This document shows positions 17,430 to 26,737 of a stretch of 64,000 nucleotides of DNA, one piece after another. The notes under the pieces were generated by a model. The model was not told where the DNA came from, did not search any database, and saw only the letters and a program-made list of their open reading frames with translations. Origin of the DNA: an uncultured Candidatus Saccharibacteria bacterium (lineage in GTDB: Bacteria > Patescibacteriota > Dojkabacteria > J137). The position numbers were made by a program, and so were the translations under genes. Positions within the stretch are counted from its first letter, which is position 1. Each line of letters opens with the position of its first letter. Where the stretch lies: assembly GCA_964620955.1 (NCBI GenBank), contig CAZUKH010000001.1:53481-117480 (forward strand), read 5' to 3'.

Positions 17430-18681
17430 ACCCAACATTACAATTAGCATTTTGGCAAATAATTACATAATTTGCCCCATAAGGGTCTACACCTTTGTAA
17501 AGGTACCCATCGTGTGCCGAGTATACAGCAGTGTTCCATGGTACACCTGCAAAGTCAGCTCCTGTATGGAAGTCACAGTAATAAGTACTTCCCCACATAA
17601 AACACCTGTTTCCAAATGCACTTGTATAATAAACAGTACCTCTAATTGGCCAATCTAACTGACTTCCCCAGCCACAACCTGCAACTGGCCCACCGCCTTT
17701 TAAATACCCGCAAGGATCTTGCCATCCTCCGTTAACTTGAACCGAAAAATGCAAATGTGCACCAGTACAAAGACCAGTACAACCTTGCTGTCCAATTATC
17801 CTACCTGCTGTAACATACTGTCCTTGGTCAGTTGGTATAAAGGCGTTGAGAATTTGTTGTTGAACTAAATCGGCTTCAGCTTTTTTACGGATTTCTTCTT
17901 CGCTGAAAGCAGCAATAGCTCCTTCTTTTTGAGCAATTTCATTTTGAATGGCATTAATTTCGGCGTAGTATATTGCTTGTTGAACAGCCAGCTCGTCATG
18001 CTTTTTGGTTAAATCATCTCTTTTAATTTTAATTGCTTCTTGCTCTTGCTGTAAGTCTAGTTTTGCTTTATCCAGATCTTTTTTCTTACTCTCTAACTCT
18101 GCTTTAAGACTAGCGAGTTCTGTAAGCATTCTATTTGTATCATCTTGGATAATTGCTAAATATTGCGAGTCTTTAAAAAACTCGTTTATGCTGTCAGTAT
18201 TAAAAATGCTTGATGTATCTACTGTTGCTCCACCTGTAAGCCTAAAGCTTTTATAATTTTCTTTTATTCGTTTTGTTGATTCTACTTCAAGTTCTGAAAT
18301 AGTTTTTTCACTTTTTTCAATTTCTTTTTGATTTTCCGCTATTTTTTCTTCCAGAAGCTTAATATTTAAATCCAACTCTGCAACCTCTTTTTCTAAAATC
18401 TCAATTTCTTTTTGAAAGATCTGAATTTCGCCATAAAGTTGCGCTGCCTGGTTAGAATATCCCTGAAGCGTATACGAATCTGAGTCAATTTGGCTCTGAA
18501 GTTTGTTTTTCTCTTGTTGAATTGCATCAATTTCGTCCCTTAGTTTTCCAAGCTCATCTTCAAGTTCTTCTTGAGATTGACCTTCAATTACTTGAATGTT
18601 AAAAGGAACAAGCAACATTACTGCTAAACCAACTAAAACAAAAGCAGATAAAACTCTAACTACTCTTTTTCTTTTAAACAT
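17395..18681 (-). CDS. Coiled-coil protein with circularly permuted M23 peptidase domain
   Basis: Signal/TM segment, long coiled coil, then GCTGLCTGAHLHF placed before HTGAD and the terminal YWHL. Confidence 0.85.
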   Translation of the reverse strand: MFKRKRVVRVLSAFVLVGLAVMLLVPFNIQVIEGQSQEELEDELGKLRDEIDAIQQEKNKLQSQIDSDSYTLQGYSNQAAQLYGEIQIFQKEIEILEKEVAELDLNIKLLEEKIAENQKEIEKSEKTISELEVESTKRIKENYKSFRLTGGATVDTSSIFNTDSINEFFKDSQYLAIIQDDTNRMLTELASLKAELESKKKDLDKAKLDLQQEQEAIKIKRDDLTKKHDELAVQQAIYYAEINAIQNEIAQKEGAIAAFSEEEIRKKAEADLVQQQILNAFIPTDQGQYVTAGRIIGQQGCTGLCTGAHLHFSVQVNGGWQDPCGYLKGGGPVAGCGWGSQLDWPIRGTVYYTSAFGNRCFMWGSTYYCDFHTGADFAGVPWNTAVYSAHDGYLYKGVDPYGANYVIICQNANCNVGFKTGYWHLSAF

Positions 18682-18787
18682 TTCTTTGTTTATATATACC
18701 TAAACATTGTATACATAGTATCTGTTACTTTGCAAGTGACGAAGCGTCTTAAGCCTTTGTGGGTATAGAAAGTTTTGTTATACGAAA

Positions 18788-19390
18788 CTAGCTTATTTCT
18801 TTAGTAAAATCTTCGTGAGTACCAATTAGCATTACATGATTTTGAAACATCAATTGAAGTATAAAGTCATCTCTCCTTCTTTTGCGAAGTTCAAACTCGT
18901 TAAGCTTCATTACTGTATAATGAATTTCTTTCCCTGTTTTGTCTTCATATTCTTGTACAATTTTTTCAAGCCTTGGCAGTTCTACATTACCAATAATGGC
19001 AAGATCAACATCATTTTTGCCAGATTTAAGTTTTTTTATATAAGAAGTTGTTAAAGCCGCAAAGTGTATTGTTCCTAAAGAATTAGATTGGTCAATTATT
19101 GCAGCACCAAGACCGGAGGCTTTATGAAATATCCCCATTAACTCATCTATGTAAGGATGATCCATATTTAGTCTATAGTATTTTCTATTACCTTGAACCT
19201 CAGACTTCAAAATTTGAGCATCTTCAAGCCTAATAAGCTCTCTTCTAACTGCATTTATTTCTTCCTTGAGTTCTCTAACTGTGCCGCGTAAGTGGGTAGG
19301 TTGATGTGGGTTAAGAAGAAAATGCTTTAAAGTTTTAATTCTAACTTTAGAAACAAAAAGCATATCTATGGACTTATCTATAATTTTCAT
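18788..19390 (-). CDS. Winged-HTH plus degenerate nucleotidyltransferase-fold protein
   Basis: LFVSKVRIK...VRRELIRLE...GNRKYY wHTH, followed by NDVDLAIIG. Confidence 0.75.
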   Translation of the reverse strand: MKIIDKSIDMLFVSKVRIKTLKHFLLNPHQPTHLRGTVRELKEEINAVRRELIRLEDAQILKSEVQGNRKYYRLNMDHPYIDELMGIFHKASGLGAAIIDQSNSLGTIHFAALTTSYIKKLKSGKNDVDLAIIGNVELPRLEKIVQEYEDKTGKEIHYTVMKLNEFELRKRRRDDFILQLMFQNHVMLIGTHEDFTKEIS

Positions 19391-19498
19391 ATCTTTTACT
19401 TATTATTTAGCAAATATTATGATTAATTATAGATCAAATTTTATATACGTCCAGCGAAATCTCTCTTGTGGTTGTAGGGTAAAGCAATTGGGAATAGT

Positions 19499-20515
19499 TT
19501 ATAACCCAGCCGACTCTTTTACTTTATTCCATATTTCACGCAAAAGCTTTTCATCAGATTTTAAGATCTCTTTAACTGAATCCTTTCCTTGTCCAAGATT
19601 TTCCCCTTTATATTTAAACCAAGCACCAGCTTTTTCAACTACATTAAAGTTAATTGCTGCATCAATTAGACTTGATACTTTATCAATACCCCTTCCATGA
19701 TATGTTTCGTAAATAGCCTCACGAAAAGGAGGAGCTACTTTATTTTTGACAACTTTTACTCTTACTACGTTTCCTACGAGCTGATCACCTTCCATGATTT
19801 TCTCTTTTGAGCGAATGTCCATTCTAACAGAGGAATAAAACTTTAAAGCATTTCCACCTGTGGTTGTTTCCGGATTGCCAAACATTACCCCAATTTTCAT
19901 TCGCAGCTGGTTGATAAAAACAACGGTTGTACCAGTTTTTTGAGCAACTCCTGTGATTTTTCTAAGAGCCTGACTCATAAGCCTTGCCTGCAAGCCCATA
20001 TGTGAATCGCCCATCTCCCCATCGATTTCTGCTTTTGGAGTTAAGGCTGCAACTGAATCTATAACAACCAGCTCTATTCCTCCTGATCTTACAAGTGTTT
20101 CCAGTATTTCTAAAGCCTGTTCACCATAATCTGGCTGTGAAACAAGTAATTGATCTGTCATTATTCCCAAACCATTAGCATATGTAGCATCAAAAGCATG
20201 TTCTGCATCTATAAATGCACATACTCCACCCTGCTTTTGTGCTTCAGCAATAATATGAAGTGCCAAGGTTGTTTTACCTGAAGCTTCAGGTCCAAAAATT
20301 TCTACAATTCTACCGCGTGGTACTCCACCAACCCCTAATGCAATGTCTAAAGAGATTGCCCCAGTAGGTATAACACTCATTTTTTTTATTTTGTCTTCTT
20401 TAAGAGTCATTATTGACCCTTCGCCGAATTGTTTAGTAATTTGTTGTATAGCAGTATCTATTGCCTGTTTTCTAGCTTTATCTGAACTTAGATTTTGCTC
20501 TTCTTGTTTAGCCAT
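19499..20515 (-). CDS. recA: Recombinase RecA
   Basis: [30 protein letters not shown] motifs. Confidence 0.99.
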   Translation of the reverse strand: MAKQEEQNLSSDKARKQAIDTAIQQITKQFGEGSIMTLKEDKIKKMSVIPTGAISLDIALGVGGVPRGRIVEIFGPEASGKTTLALHIIAEAQKQGGVCAFIDAEHAFDATYANGLGIMTDQLLVSQPDYGEQALEILETLVRSGGIELVVIDSVAALTPKAEIDGEMGDSHMGLQARLMSQALRKITGVAQKTGTTVVFINQLRMKIGVMFGNPETTTGGNALKFYSSVRMDIRSKEKIMEGDQLVGNVVRVKVVKNKVAPPFREAIYETYHGRGIDKVSSLIDAAINFNVVEKAGAWFKYKGENLGQGKDSVKEILKSDEKLLREIWNKVKESAGL

Positions 20516-20582
20516 GATTATTTATTGATGAAATATTAATTATGTTACTTTGTGTTTTAGGGTTTTGTCAAAGCAACAAATA

Positions 20583-21110
20583 TTACCATATTAGTAAATC
20601 AACTTCAACCGGGAAGTTTATTCTTTGGAAAGTTTCTGTTTCTAAGTAAATTTTCACATCTTTTCCTGCAGGTATATTTAATGAATATGTTTTATTTTTA
20701 TTTAATAGAAAACGATTATCTCCTGCTACCAAGTAAACTTTAAGAATATCTTGTACATAGCCCTTTACGTTTCCTGCAAAGCTTACTGTTTCCTGGCTTG
20801 TCTTAGAGTTTATTATAGAAATGAGTGGCTCATTATTAAAATTTTTTACTAATTGAGGCATAGTGATTTTATAAACTATTGAACCTGAATTTTCGTCATA
20901 TTTGTAGTTTACATCGTGATTAGGTGCTTGATATAGATTTTGCCATTCTAGCTTAAAACTTTGTGTGCTTACCCCTGCAACCTGCGGCAACACTAAACCT
21001 ACTGGAGTTAAGCCTCTTACTACAAAAAAGGTAATTCCAATAATAGTAACAAATGCAAACGCTGCAAGGCTTGCTTCTATTAAATCTATAAACTTTGCTG
21101 ACCTTCCCAT
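20583..21110 (-). CDS. Hypothetical membrane-anchored protein
   Basis: TM helix, then QVAGVST motif and a beta-rich domain. Confidence 0.7.
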   Translation of the reverse strand: MGRSAKFIDLIEASLAAFAFVTIIGITFFVVRGLTPVGLVLPQVAGVSTQSFKLEWQNLYQAPNHDVNYKYDENSGSIVYKITMPQLVKNFNNEPLISIINSKTSQETVSFAGNVKGYVQDILKVYLVAGDNRFLLNKNKTYSLNIPAGKDVKIYLETETFQRINFPVEVDLLIW

Positions 21111-21255
21111 CTTAAAAAAAAATGTTAATTTATTGCTTTATACTTCTTTTAATGCTTATTACTGACAACAAAAAAGCATATTATTCTCAATAGCAATTCA
21201 ACTCTATAAAGAGTATATACTTCATACTAAAGGTTTTATATTGAAAATGCTATAT

Positions 21256-22230
21256 TTAAAACTTTATAGCAGTTTGAGGAAAAGTAATTTTGAGATTTTT
21301 GACCGCTTCTGCCATTTCCCAAATAGTTCTCTTAGTTCGAAATTCTTTAATCTTTTTTTCAATAAAACTAGGGTCAAAGTCATAAATGTATCCAAACCCC
21401 GAGTTGAAAATCTGTTCTACTAATTCATCGTTGCTTATTTCACTAATTTTTCGTTTTTCTAATATTTTTTCCATGAGTTCGTCCAAAAGTTCTGGATGTT
21501 CAGAGACTATTTGCATAGCTGCTTTCGCCAATACTCCTTCCAACTCAAATTGATGTAACGAAACATTAGCTGGAGCATGTAGCCCAACATTTTTACCTGC
21601 TAGTTTATTCATCATTCTTGGGAAAAGTGTTTGAAGTGTTTTCCAATTTTTTCCAAGTCTATACTCAATGCTTTGCCATGAAAGAGCATCCAGCCCATCA
21701 TTAATTGATTTATCTACTACAATCACTTTTAACAAGTTATCAAATGTCGATTGATCTCCATCTTCAATCAGGTTACTCATCGATTCAAAGGACATATCTC
21801 CAAAAAACTCATTGATTTCTTCAACAATATCATCATACCCAGATTTAAATGCTTGTCCCCCATACAGCTCATGAATCTTCTTTTTAGTCATTGATTCAAC
21901 AAGCGCCTCATCCATAATACTTGACTGTGTATAAATACCAGCATGTAAACCTTCATGAAACAAGATGTGAGCGATCTCCTGTTCTGTGCCGTAAAGCAAA
22001 ACCATAGGATTTATTGCAATCATGCCATTGTCAGGAGAAAAATAACCTCCAACATTCATTGGCATTGTAAGATCAACGTAAAAGCCTTTAGGATTTTTAA
22101 AGTTGATTTTTTGTAAAGCGTTTCTAAGTATGCGAAGTCTATTTGGGGCAAATGTTTTTAAAAAATTTTCTGCAGATTGCAGAAAAAAGTTTTCTACAGT
22201 TTCTAATTGTGGGTTAAAAAAGTTAAACAT
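21256..22230 (-). CDS. Putative zincin metalloprotease (HEXXH)
   Basis: VGGYF...AHILFHEGLHAG...DEALVE. Confidence 0.65.
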   Translation of the reverse strand: MFNFFNPQLETVENFFLQSAENFLKTFAPNRLRILRNALQKINFKNPKGFYVDLTMPMNVGGYFSPDNGMIAINPMVLLYGTEQEIAHILFHEGLHAGIYTQSSIMDEALVESMTKKKIHELYGGQAFKSGYDDIVEEINEFFGDMSFESMSNLIEDGDQSTFDNLLKVIVVDKSINDGLDALSWQSIEYRLGKNWKTLQTLFPRMMNKLAGKNVGLHAPANVSLHQFELEGVLAKAAMQIVSEHPELLDELMEKILEKRKISEISNDELVEQIFNSGFGYIYDFDPSFIEKKIKEFRTKRTIWEMAEAVKNLKITFPQTAIKF

Positions 22231-22282
22231 GTTAATTTGCTAAATAATTATATCACTTTTAAGTTTTTTTTGCTATGTACAC

Positions 22283-22419
22283 AGGGCTTCGGCTTACTTG
22301 CGTTCTTTGTCTAAATTTATTGTCCGACTATAAAACTCGCCCATAAATCTTGGGATTTTTACACTGTACAGCAAGGGTATATTCGGACGCTCTCTCGCTA
22401 CGCCTTACTACAAGGCTCT
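22283..22419. ncRNA. Candidate rod-shaped ncRNA (6S-like)
   Basis: Nested pairs AGGGCTT/AGGCTCT, GCGT/ACGC, a large internal bubble, GTCCGA/TCGGAC and CCCA/TGGG; GC-rich intergenic island. Confidence 0.45.
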
Positions 22420-22449
22420 ATTCATTAAAGTGCTTTACAAATTGTTTAT

Positions 22450-22478
22450 TTGAAACTAATATACCTAGGTATTAAAAT
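22450..22478 (+). promoter_or_regulatory. Sigma70 promoter for the 22497 gene
   Basis: TTGAAA-17-TAAAAT; the spacer contains the palindrome ATACCTAGGTAT. Confidence 0.55.
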
Positions 22479-22496
22479 AATTTAGTAATAAGTTTT

Positions 22497-22835
22497 ATGT
22501 TGAAAAAATATATTTTTGTCAAAACAAACGAACTAAGCGAATATAATCTTTTCGAAAAAGCAAGCAACAGGCTTCAGGAATTTTGGAACACTATCTTTGT
22601 TGATTTGCCTTATGATTTGAAAAATGAGATCAATTTCGAGAATGTAATTCTTTCACCTGAGCCGGTTCAAAGATTTTCGATTACTGGAGTTTTGCCTTAT
22701 AGGTTCAAGGTCGAAGGATGCAACGACTCTTTAGATAAAGTTTTGACTAAATACATAATTTTTGTTGAGCATGAAACTCCTGCAGTAAGAGACTGGAAAA
22801 GAAGGATTAATGAGACTTTACTGAACTTTGCCTAG
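22497..22835 (+). CDS. Hypothetical protein
   Basis: 112-aa ORF with an upstream promoter. Confidence 0.6.
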   Translation: MLKKYIFVKTNELSEYNLFEKASNRLQEFWNTIFVDLPYDLKNEINFENVILSPEPVQRFSITGVLPYRFKVEGCNDSLDKVLTKYIIFVEHETPAVRDWKRRINETLLNFA

Positions 22836-23674
22836 TCTGCCCAATTTTGGAGCTTTTTAACTTCTGAAATTGCAGTTGTTAAATCTTTCATAGCTGGTGT
22901 TTCCATAACAAAATCCTTCGTTTTAAGTTTGGGATTATTTAAAAAGCTTTTTAATGCTTCTTTACCTATTAAGCCTTCACCAAGGTTTTCGTGTCGGTCG
23001 CGTGCTGAAGCAAGTGGTGTTTTAGAATCATTAAAGTGTATGCACTTTATATTGTTTATGCCAAGCTTTTTATCTAACTCTTCTATAACTGCTTCGAGGT
23101 TTGTTTTAATATCATACCCACTTGCCCATAAATGCTGTGTATCAAGGCAGAATCCTATTCTTTCCGGGTTTTTAACACTTTCTTTAATCCTTTTAAGATC
23201 TTCTATTTTGGAACCTACAACATTGCCTGCACCAGCTGCTACTTCAAGCCATAGCTGTTTACTACTCTTAGTGTTCTCGAAAATCCAGTCTATTCCTTGT
23301 GTAATCCTTTTAAAGCCTTCCTGGGGTGTTGTATCTTTAAATGAGCCTGTGTGAAAAATTATACCCTCAACGCTAATCCATTCTGCGAGTTCAAGGTAAT
23401 TTACTAACGATAGTTTAGATAAGTGAAACTTTTGTTTATCTGGATTAGCTAGATTTACTAAATAAATTCCGTGAATATGTGTTTTTTTTACAACACTACT
23501 TGCTTTAATTGCTTGGTTAAATTTTTCTGCTTCTTCTTTTTCAAAAGGACTAGTATTCCACCTTTGAGGTGGTGTCGGATGGATCATAATAGTGTTTACG
23601 CCCAACTCTTCCCCACGGGCAACCGCCATATAAATTCCTCCTGCTGAAGATACAAATCCGCCCAGGTTTCTCAT
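22832..23674 (-). CDS. nfo: Endonuclease IV
   Basis: HGIYLVNLA, FHTGS, LEVAAG, CLDTQH, HFNDSK, DRHENLG, METP motifs. Confidence 0.95.
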   Translation of the reverse strand: MRNLGGFVSSAGGIYMAVARGEELGVNTIMIHPTPPQRWNTSPFEKEEAEKFNQAIKASSVVKKTHIHGIYLVNLANPDKQKFHLSKLSLVNYLELAEWISVEGIIFHTGSFKDTTPQEGFKRITQGIDWIFENTKSSKQLWLEVAAGAGNVVGSKIEDLKRIKESVKNPERIGFCLDTQHLWASGYDIKTNLEAVIEELDKKLGINNIKCIHFNDSKTPLASARDRHENLGEGLIGKEALKSFLNNPKLKTKDFVMETPAMKDLTTAISEVKKLQNWAD

Positions 23675-23691
23675 TTAATTAAAGTTATAAG

Positions 23692-24345
23692 CTAATTTTG
23701 CACTACTTTAGAAAGTTTAAAAACTTCTCCTCCTAACAATATTTCTGAAAGCGAAGAATCAATTTCAAACTTTGCACTATCTGTGGCATTTACAGTACCT
23801 ATCTTTATGTATCCGCTAGAGTTTTTAGCTAAGTCTGTGGATGTTTTACCCAAAAGTCCTAAAGCAAATGAAAATTTTTGCCCTGCCACATTATTTTCCA
23901 GCACTGCATTAAATTCGGGTGCCGGAGTAAAAAGAATTTCTTGCGTATTAGAGCTTAAGTTAATTGTAAGCTGAACTCCCTCAAGAATGTCTTCGTGATT
24001 TGCAATAGAAAGTTCGAAAGTATTATTACCCAATAAAGATACATTTAAATACGCGTCAGACGTTTCCTGAATGTTTGAAGCAGTGGTGTTAGATGAATCA
24101 CCGTTGCCTAAAGATCCTTCATTACCAGCAAGTTCGCTTTGCTTTGGAGATTCAGAGTCATTAATTGTATTTGTCTCGTTATTCTTACTGTCTTCTATAG
24201 TTTCGTTTTGGGACTTAGCGGTATCTGAGTTTTCCGACTGGCCTTTATTGTTGGATGACAAAATAAGTAGTCCAATAACCAAAGCAAATGCCACAATAAG
24301 TACAAGTAATCCCCCTGCAATTAAATAAAAAGTCCTGTTTGTCAT
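23692..24345 (-). CDS. Membrane-anchored protein, low-complexity linker plus cohesin-like beta domain
   Basis: N-terminal TM helix, S/N/E-rich linker, beta-sandwich-like C-terminus. Confidence 0.65.
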   Translation of the reverse strand: MTNRTFYLIAGGLLVLIVAFALVIGLLILSSNNKGQSENSDTAKSQNETIEDSKNNETNTINDSESPKQSELAGNEGSLGNGDSSNTTASNIQETSDAYLNVSLLGNNTFELSIANHEDILEGVQLTINLSSNTQEILFTPAPEFNAVLENNVAGQKFSFALGLLGKTSTDLAKNSSGYIKIGTVNATDSAKFEIDSSLSEILLGGEVFKLSKVVQN

Positions 24346-24388
24346 ATTTCGAAATTTCTATTTTGTTATTTTTAGTTTTTCTTAAAAT

Positions 24389-25057
24389 TTACTCTCCTCT
24401 AACTAATGTCAGCGTTTTGGACAAATACAGTGCAAAGAACCCTATTGAAGTGACAACATAACTTACTGCTGTAAATAAAACAGCTCCTCCAAAGCTAGAG
24501 TTATATGAAGCTATAGATGTTATTAAGTTAGCTCCAGATACAAAAAGAATAATTGAAAAAGTTACCATACCGCTTAAATAAAACATTTTTGCAGTAATAT
24601 CTACGCCTTTTTTTGATATTTTAAGCACAATTTTATTTAATCTATTTAGTCCAAATGCGAATGCTCCCATGAATGCTATTAAAATTATTGTTTGCCAAAA
24701 TGATTGACTATCAAATGAACTTGCGCCACCAAATCCAAATAATCCTTTGGATGGGAATATTCCTTGTAGTATTAATTGAAGCGTAGTGCTTAAATAATTA
24801 AACAAGAACAATGAGATGATAAAAAGCCATATATAGTAAAAAGCTTGCATGCCATAACCTGCCAATCTTGGCATAAATTCTTCAGCTTTTTTCTTTTCAC
24901 CAGTAAAGTTATAAAGAACAAAACCTAAACCAACAAGCCCAATAATTATTACTAAAACATAAATTACCCCAAAAACTATAATGCCACTAAATAAGCTGCT
25001 TAATGCATTTGCCGTTGAACCCCCAGTTAGGCTTGATAAATCTGAACCACCGTACAT
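24389..25057 (-). CDS. Hypothetical multi-TM membrane protein
   Basis: About 5 TM helices; ATG 25057 preferred over GTG 25090, which lies inside a leader hairpin. Confidence 0.7.
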   Translation of the reverse strand: MYGGSDLSSLTGGSTANALSSLFSGIIVFGVIYVLVIIIGLVGLGFVLYNFTGEKKKAEEFMPRLAGYGMQAFYYIWLFIISLFLFNYLSTTLQLILQGIFPSKGLFGFGGASSFDSQSFWQTIILIAFMGAFAFGLNRLNKIVLKISKKGVDITAKMFYLSGMVTFSIILFVSGANLITSIASYNSSFGGAVLFTAVSYVVTSIGFFALYLSKTLTLVRGE

Positions 25058-25125
25058 AAATTGAATAATAAAATTTAAAAAATGAGTCACAAATTGACTC
25101 CGAAAGGCTTGTGCCTTTAAATCAA

Positions 25126-25154
25126 ATTCTACACACTGTTTACACCAATTTCAA
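25126..25154 (-). promoter_or_regulatory. Sigma70 promoter
   Basis: TTGAAA-17-TAGAAT on the minus strand. Confidence 0.6.
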
Positions 25155-25157
25155 TAG

Positions 25158-25205
25158 AAATCCCTCGTATGCTGCCAAGCAGGCCAAGCTAAAGTCTGAG
25201 GTTTT
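25158..25205 (+). repeat. Dispersed 48-bp intergenic element, copy 1
   Basis: AAATCCCTCGTATGCTGCCAAGCAGGCCAAGCTAAAGTCTGAGGTTTT; 33/48 ungapped identity to the reverse complement of 56026-56073. Confidence 0.65.
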
Positions 25206-26654
25206 TTATCCACTTTTTTTTAGTTGCTTATCAATTTCAATTTCTATAATTTGTGGGGAAAATCTTCCTTTTGTTTCACGCATTACTTGACCTAGTAAAA
25301 ACTTTTTAGCATTTGGGTTTTTGTTTATGTCGCTTACAACTTTTGAGTTACTTTCAATTGTTTTTTTTACTATGCTACTTAAATCAATATTATTTTCGGG
25401 TTCACAATTTTGAATTTGTTTTTTTATTTCTTTAGGTTTTGCAAAAAGATTTTTGGCAAGAATCTCTTTTGCCATTTGCACTGTAATGTTTTTACTTTCA
25501 ACTGAGTCAATAACTATTAGTATTGTTTCCGGGGATATTGAGGTTTCCGCAAAGCTTTGAGAGTTAGCAGCTAAAATTCCTGCGATTTCTGTTCCAACTA
25601 ATGTTGCTATTGTCTTGAATTTTTCTTTAGATAGTGGCGATTTTTTGGATGCTAAACTTACAATAGCATCCAAAAAATCGCCTCGTTCTTTATCTTCTAT
25701 AAAAACTTCTGCTTGCATGGGATGCAATCCCATTGCAACATACCGCTGCTTGCGACTTATTGGCAACTCAACCATTGCAGCGCGTATAGATTCAATTAAT
25801 TCATTAGATATTGTAATAGGTGCAATATCCGGCTCTGGGAAGTACCTATAATCATCAGAATTTTCTTTACTTCTTTGAAACTTTGTTTGCCCTGTCATTC
25901 CTATAATTCCCCGAGTTTCATTTTTCAGTATTATTCCTTCTTGTTGCGCTTTTGTTTGCCTTGCAATTTCAAACTTAATGACTTTTTCTAAAACAGAAAT
26001 TGAGCCTATGTTTTTTATTTCTACTTTGTAGCCTGGAAGCCCCACCAAACCTTGTTTTTTAACACTAATATTTAATTCAAATCGCATTTGGCCTTTTTGC
26101 ATTTCTGCATCACCTACATTTGTATACCTTACAATTTGACGTAATCTTTTTGCGAATGCAGTAACTTCATCTACCGACTGAAAATCTGGCTCTGTAACAA
26201 CTTCAATTAATGGAACACCTGACTTATTAAAATCGATTAATGTTTCTTCGCTGCCGTGAATAGATTTTGCTGTATCTTCCTCAAGATGCATTCTTTGAAT
26301 TCTTATTCTTTTTGAATCATCACCAGTTTCTATTTCTACATAACCATCATAGCCAATCGGCTTATCTAGCTGAGATATTTGGTATCCTTTTGGGAGATCG
26401 GGGTAGTAGTAATTTTTTCGATCAAATTTTGTTAAGTCGTTTATTTTGCAATTAAGTGCGAGAGCAAGCATAACTGCTTTGTTAAGTGCTTCTTTATTCG
26501 GCATTGGCAATGCACCTGGCAAACCAAAACATACTTCGCAAGTATGCGAGTTAGGTTCTGATGCAAAATACTGATTGCTGCATCTACAAAACATTTTTGT
26601 TTTGGTATTGACCTGCAAATGAATTTCGAGGCCAATTACTGGTAAAAATATCAT
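25206..26654 (-). CDS. gatB: Asp-tRNA(Asn)/Glu-tRNA(Gln) amidotransferase subunit B
   Basis: VIGLEIHLQ, FDRKNYYYPDLPKGYQISQ, HLEEDTAKS, YRYFPEPD motifs. Confidence 0.98.
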   Translation of the reverse strand: MIFLPVIGLEIHLQVNTKTKMFCRCSNQYFASEPNSHTCEVCFGLPGALPMPNKEALNKAVMLALALNCKINDLTKFDRKNYYYPDLPKGYQISQLDKPIGYDGYVEIETGDDSKRIRIQRMHLEEDTAKSIHGSEETLIDFNKSGVPLIEVVTEPDFQSVDEVTAFAKRLRQIVRYTNVGDAEMQKGQMRFELNISVKKQGLVGLPGYKVEIKNIGSISVLEKVIKFEIARQTKAQQEGIILKNETRGIIGMTGQTKFQRSKENSDDYRYFPEPDIAPITISNELIESIRAAMVELPISRKQRYVAMGLHPMQAEVFIEDKERGDFLDAIVSLASKKSPLSKEKFKTIATLVGTEIAGILAANSQSFAETSISPETILIVIDSVESKNITVQMAKEILAKNLFAKPKEIKKQIQNCEPENNIDLSSIVKKTIESNSKVVSDINKNPNAKKFLLGQVMRETKGRFSPQIIEIEIDKQLKKSG

Positions 26655-26737
26655 GGTATTTTATTATTTTAGATTTTAACAGAAAAATTTGAATTGGTGC
26701 GGATATGGTCAGTATCAAATAATTGGAATATACTTAA

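Noticed and set aside
20516-20582. LexA/SOS box upstream of recA
   Set aside because: No recognisable CTGT-N8-ACAG or GAAC-N4-GTTC palindrome.
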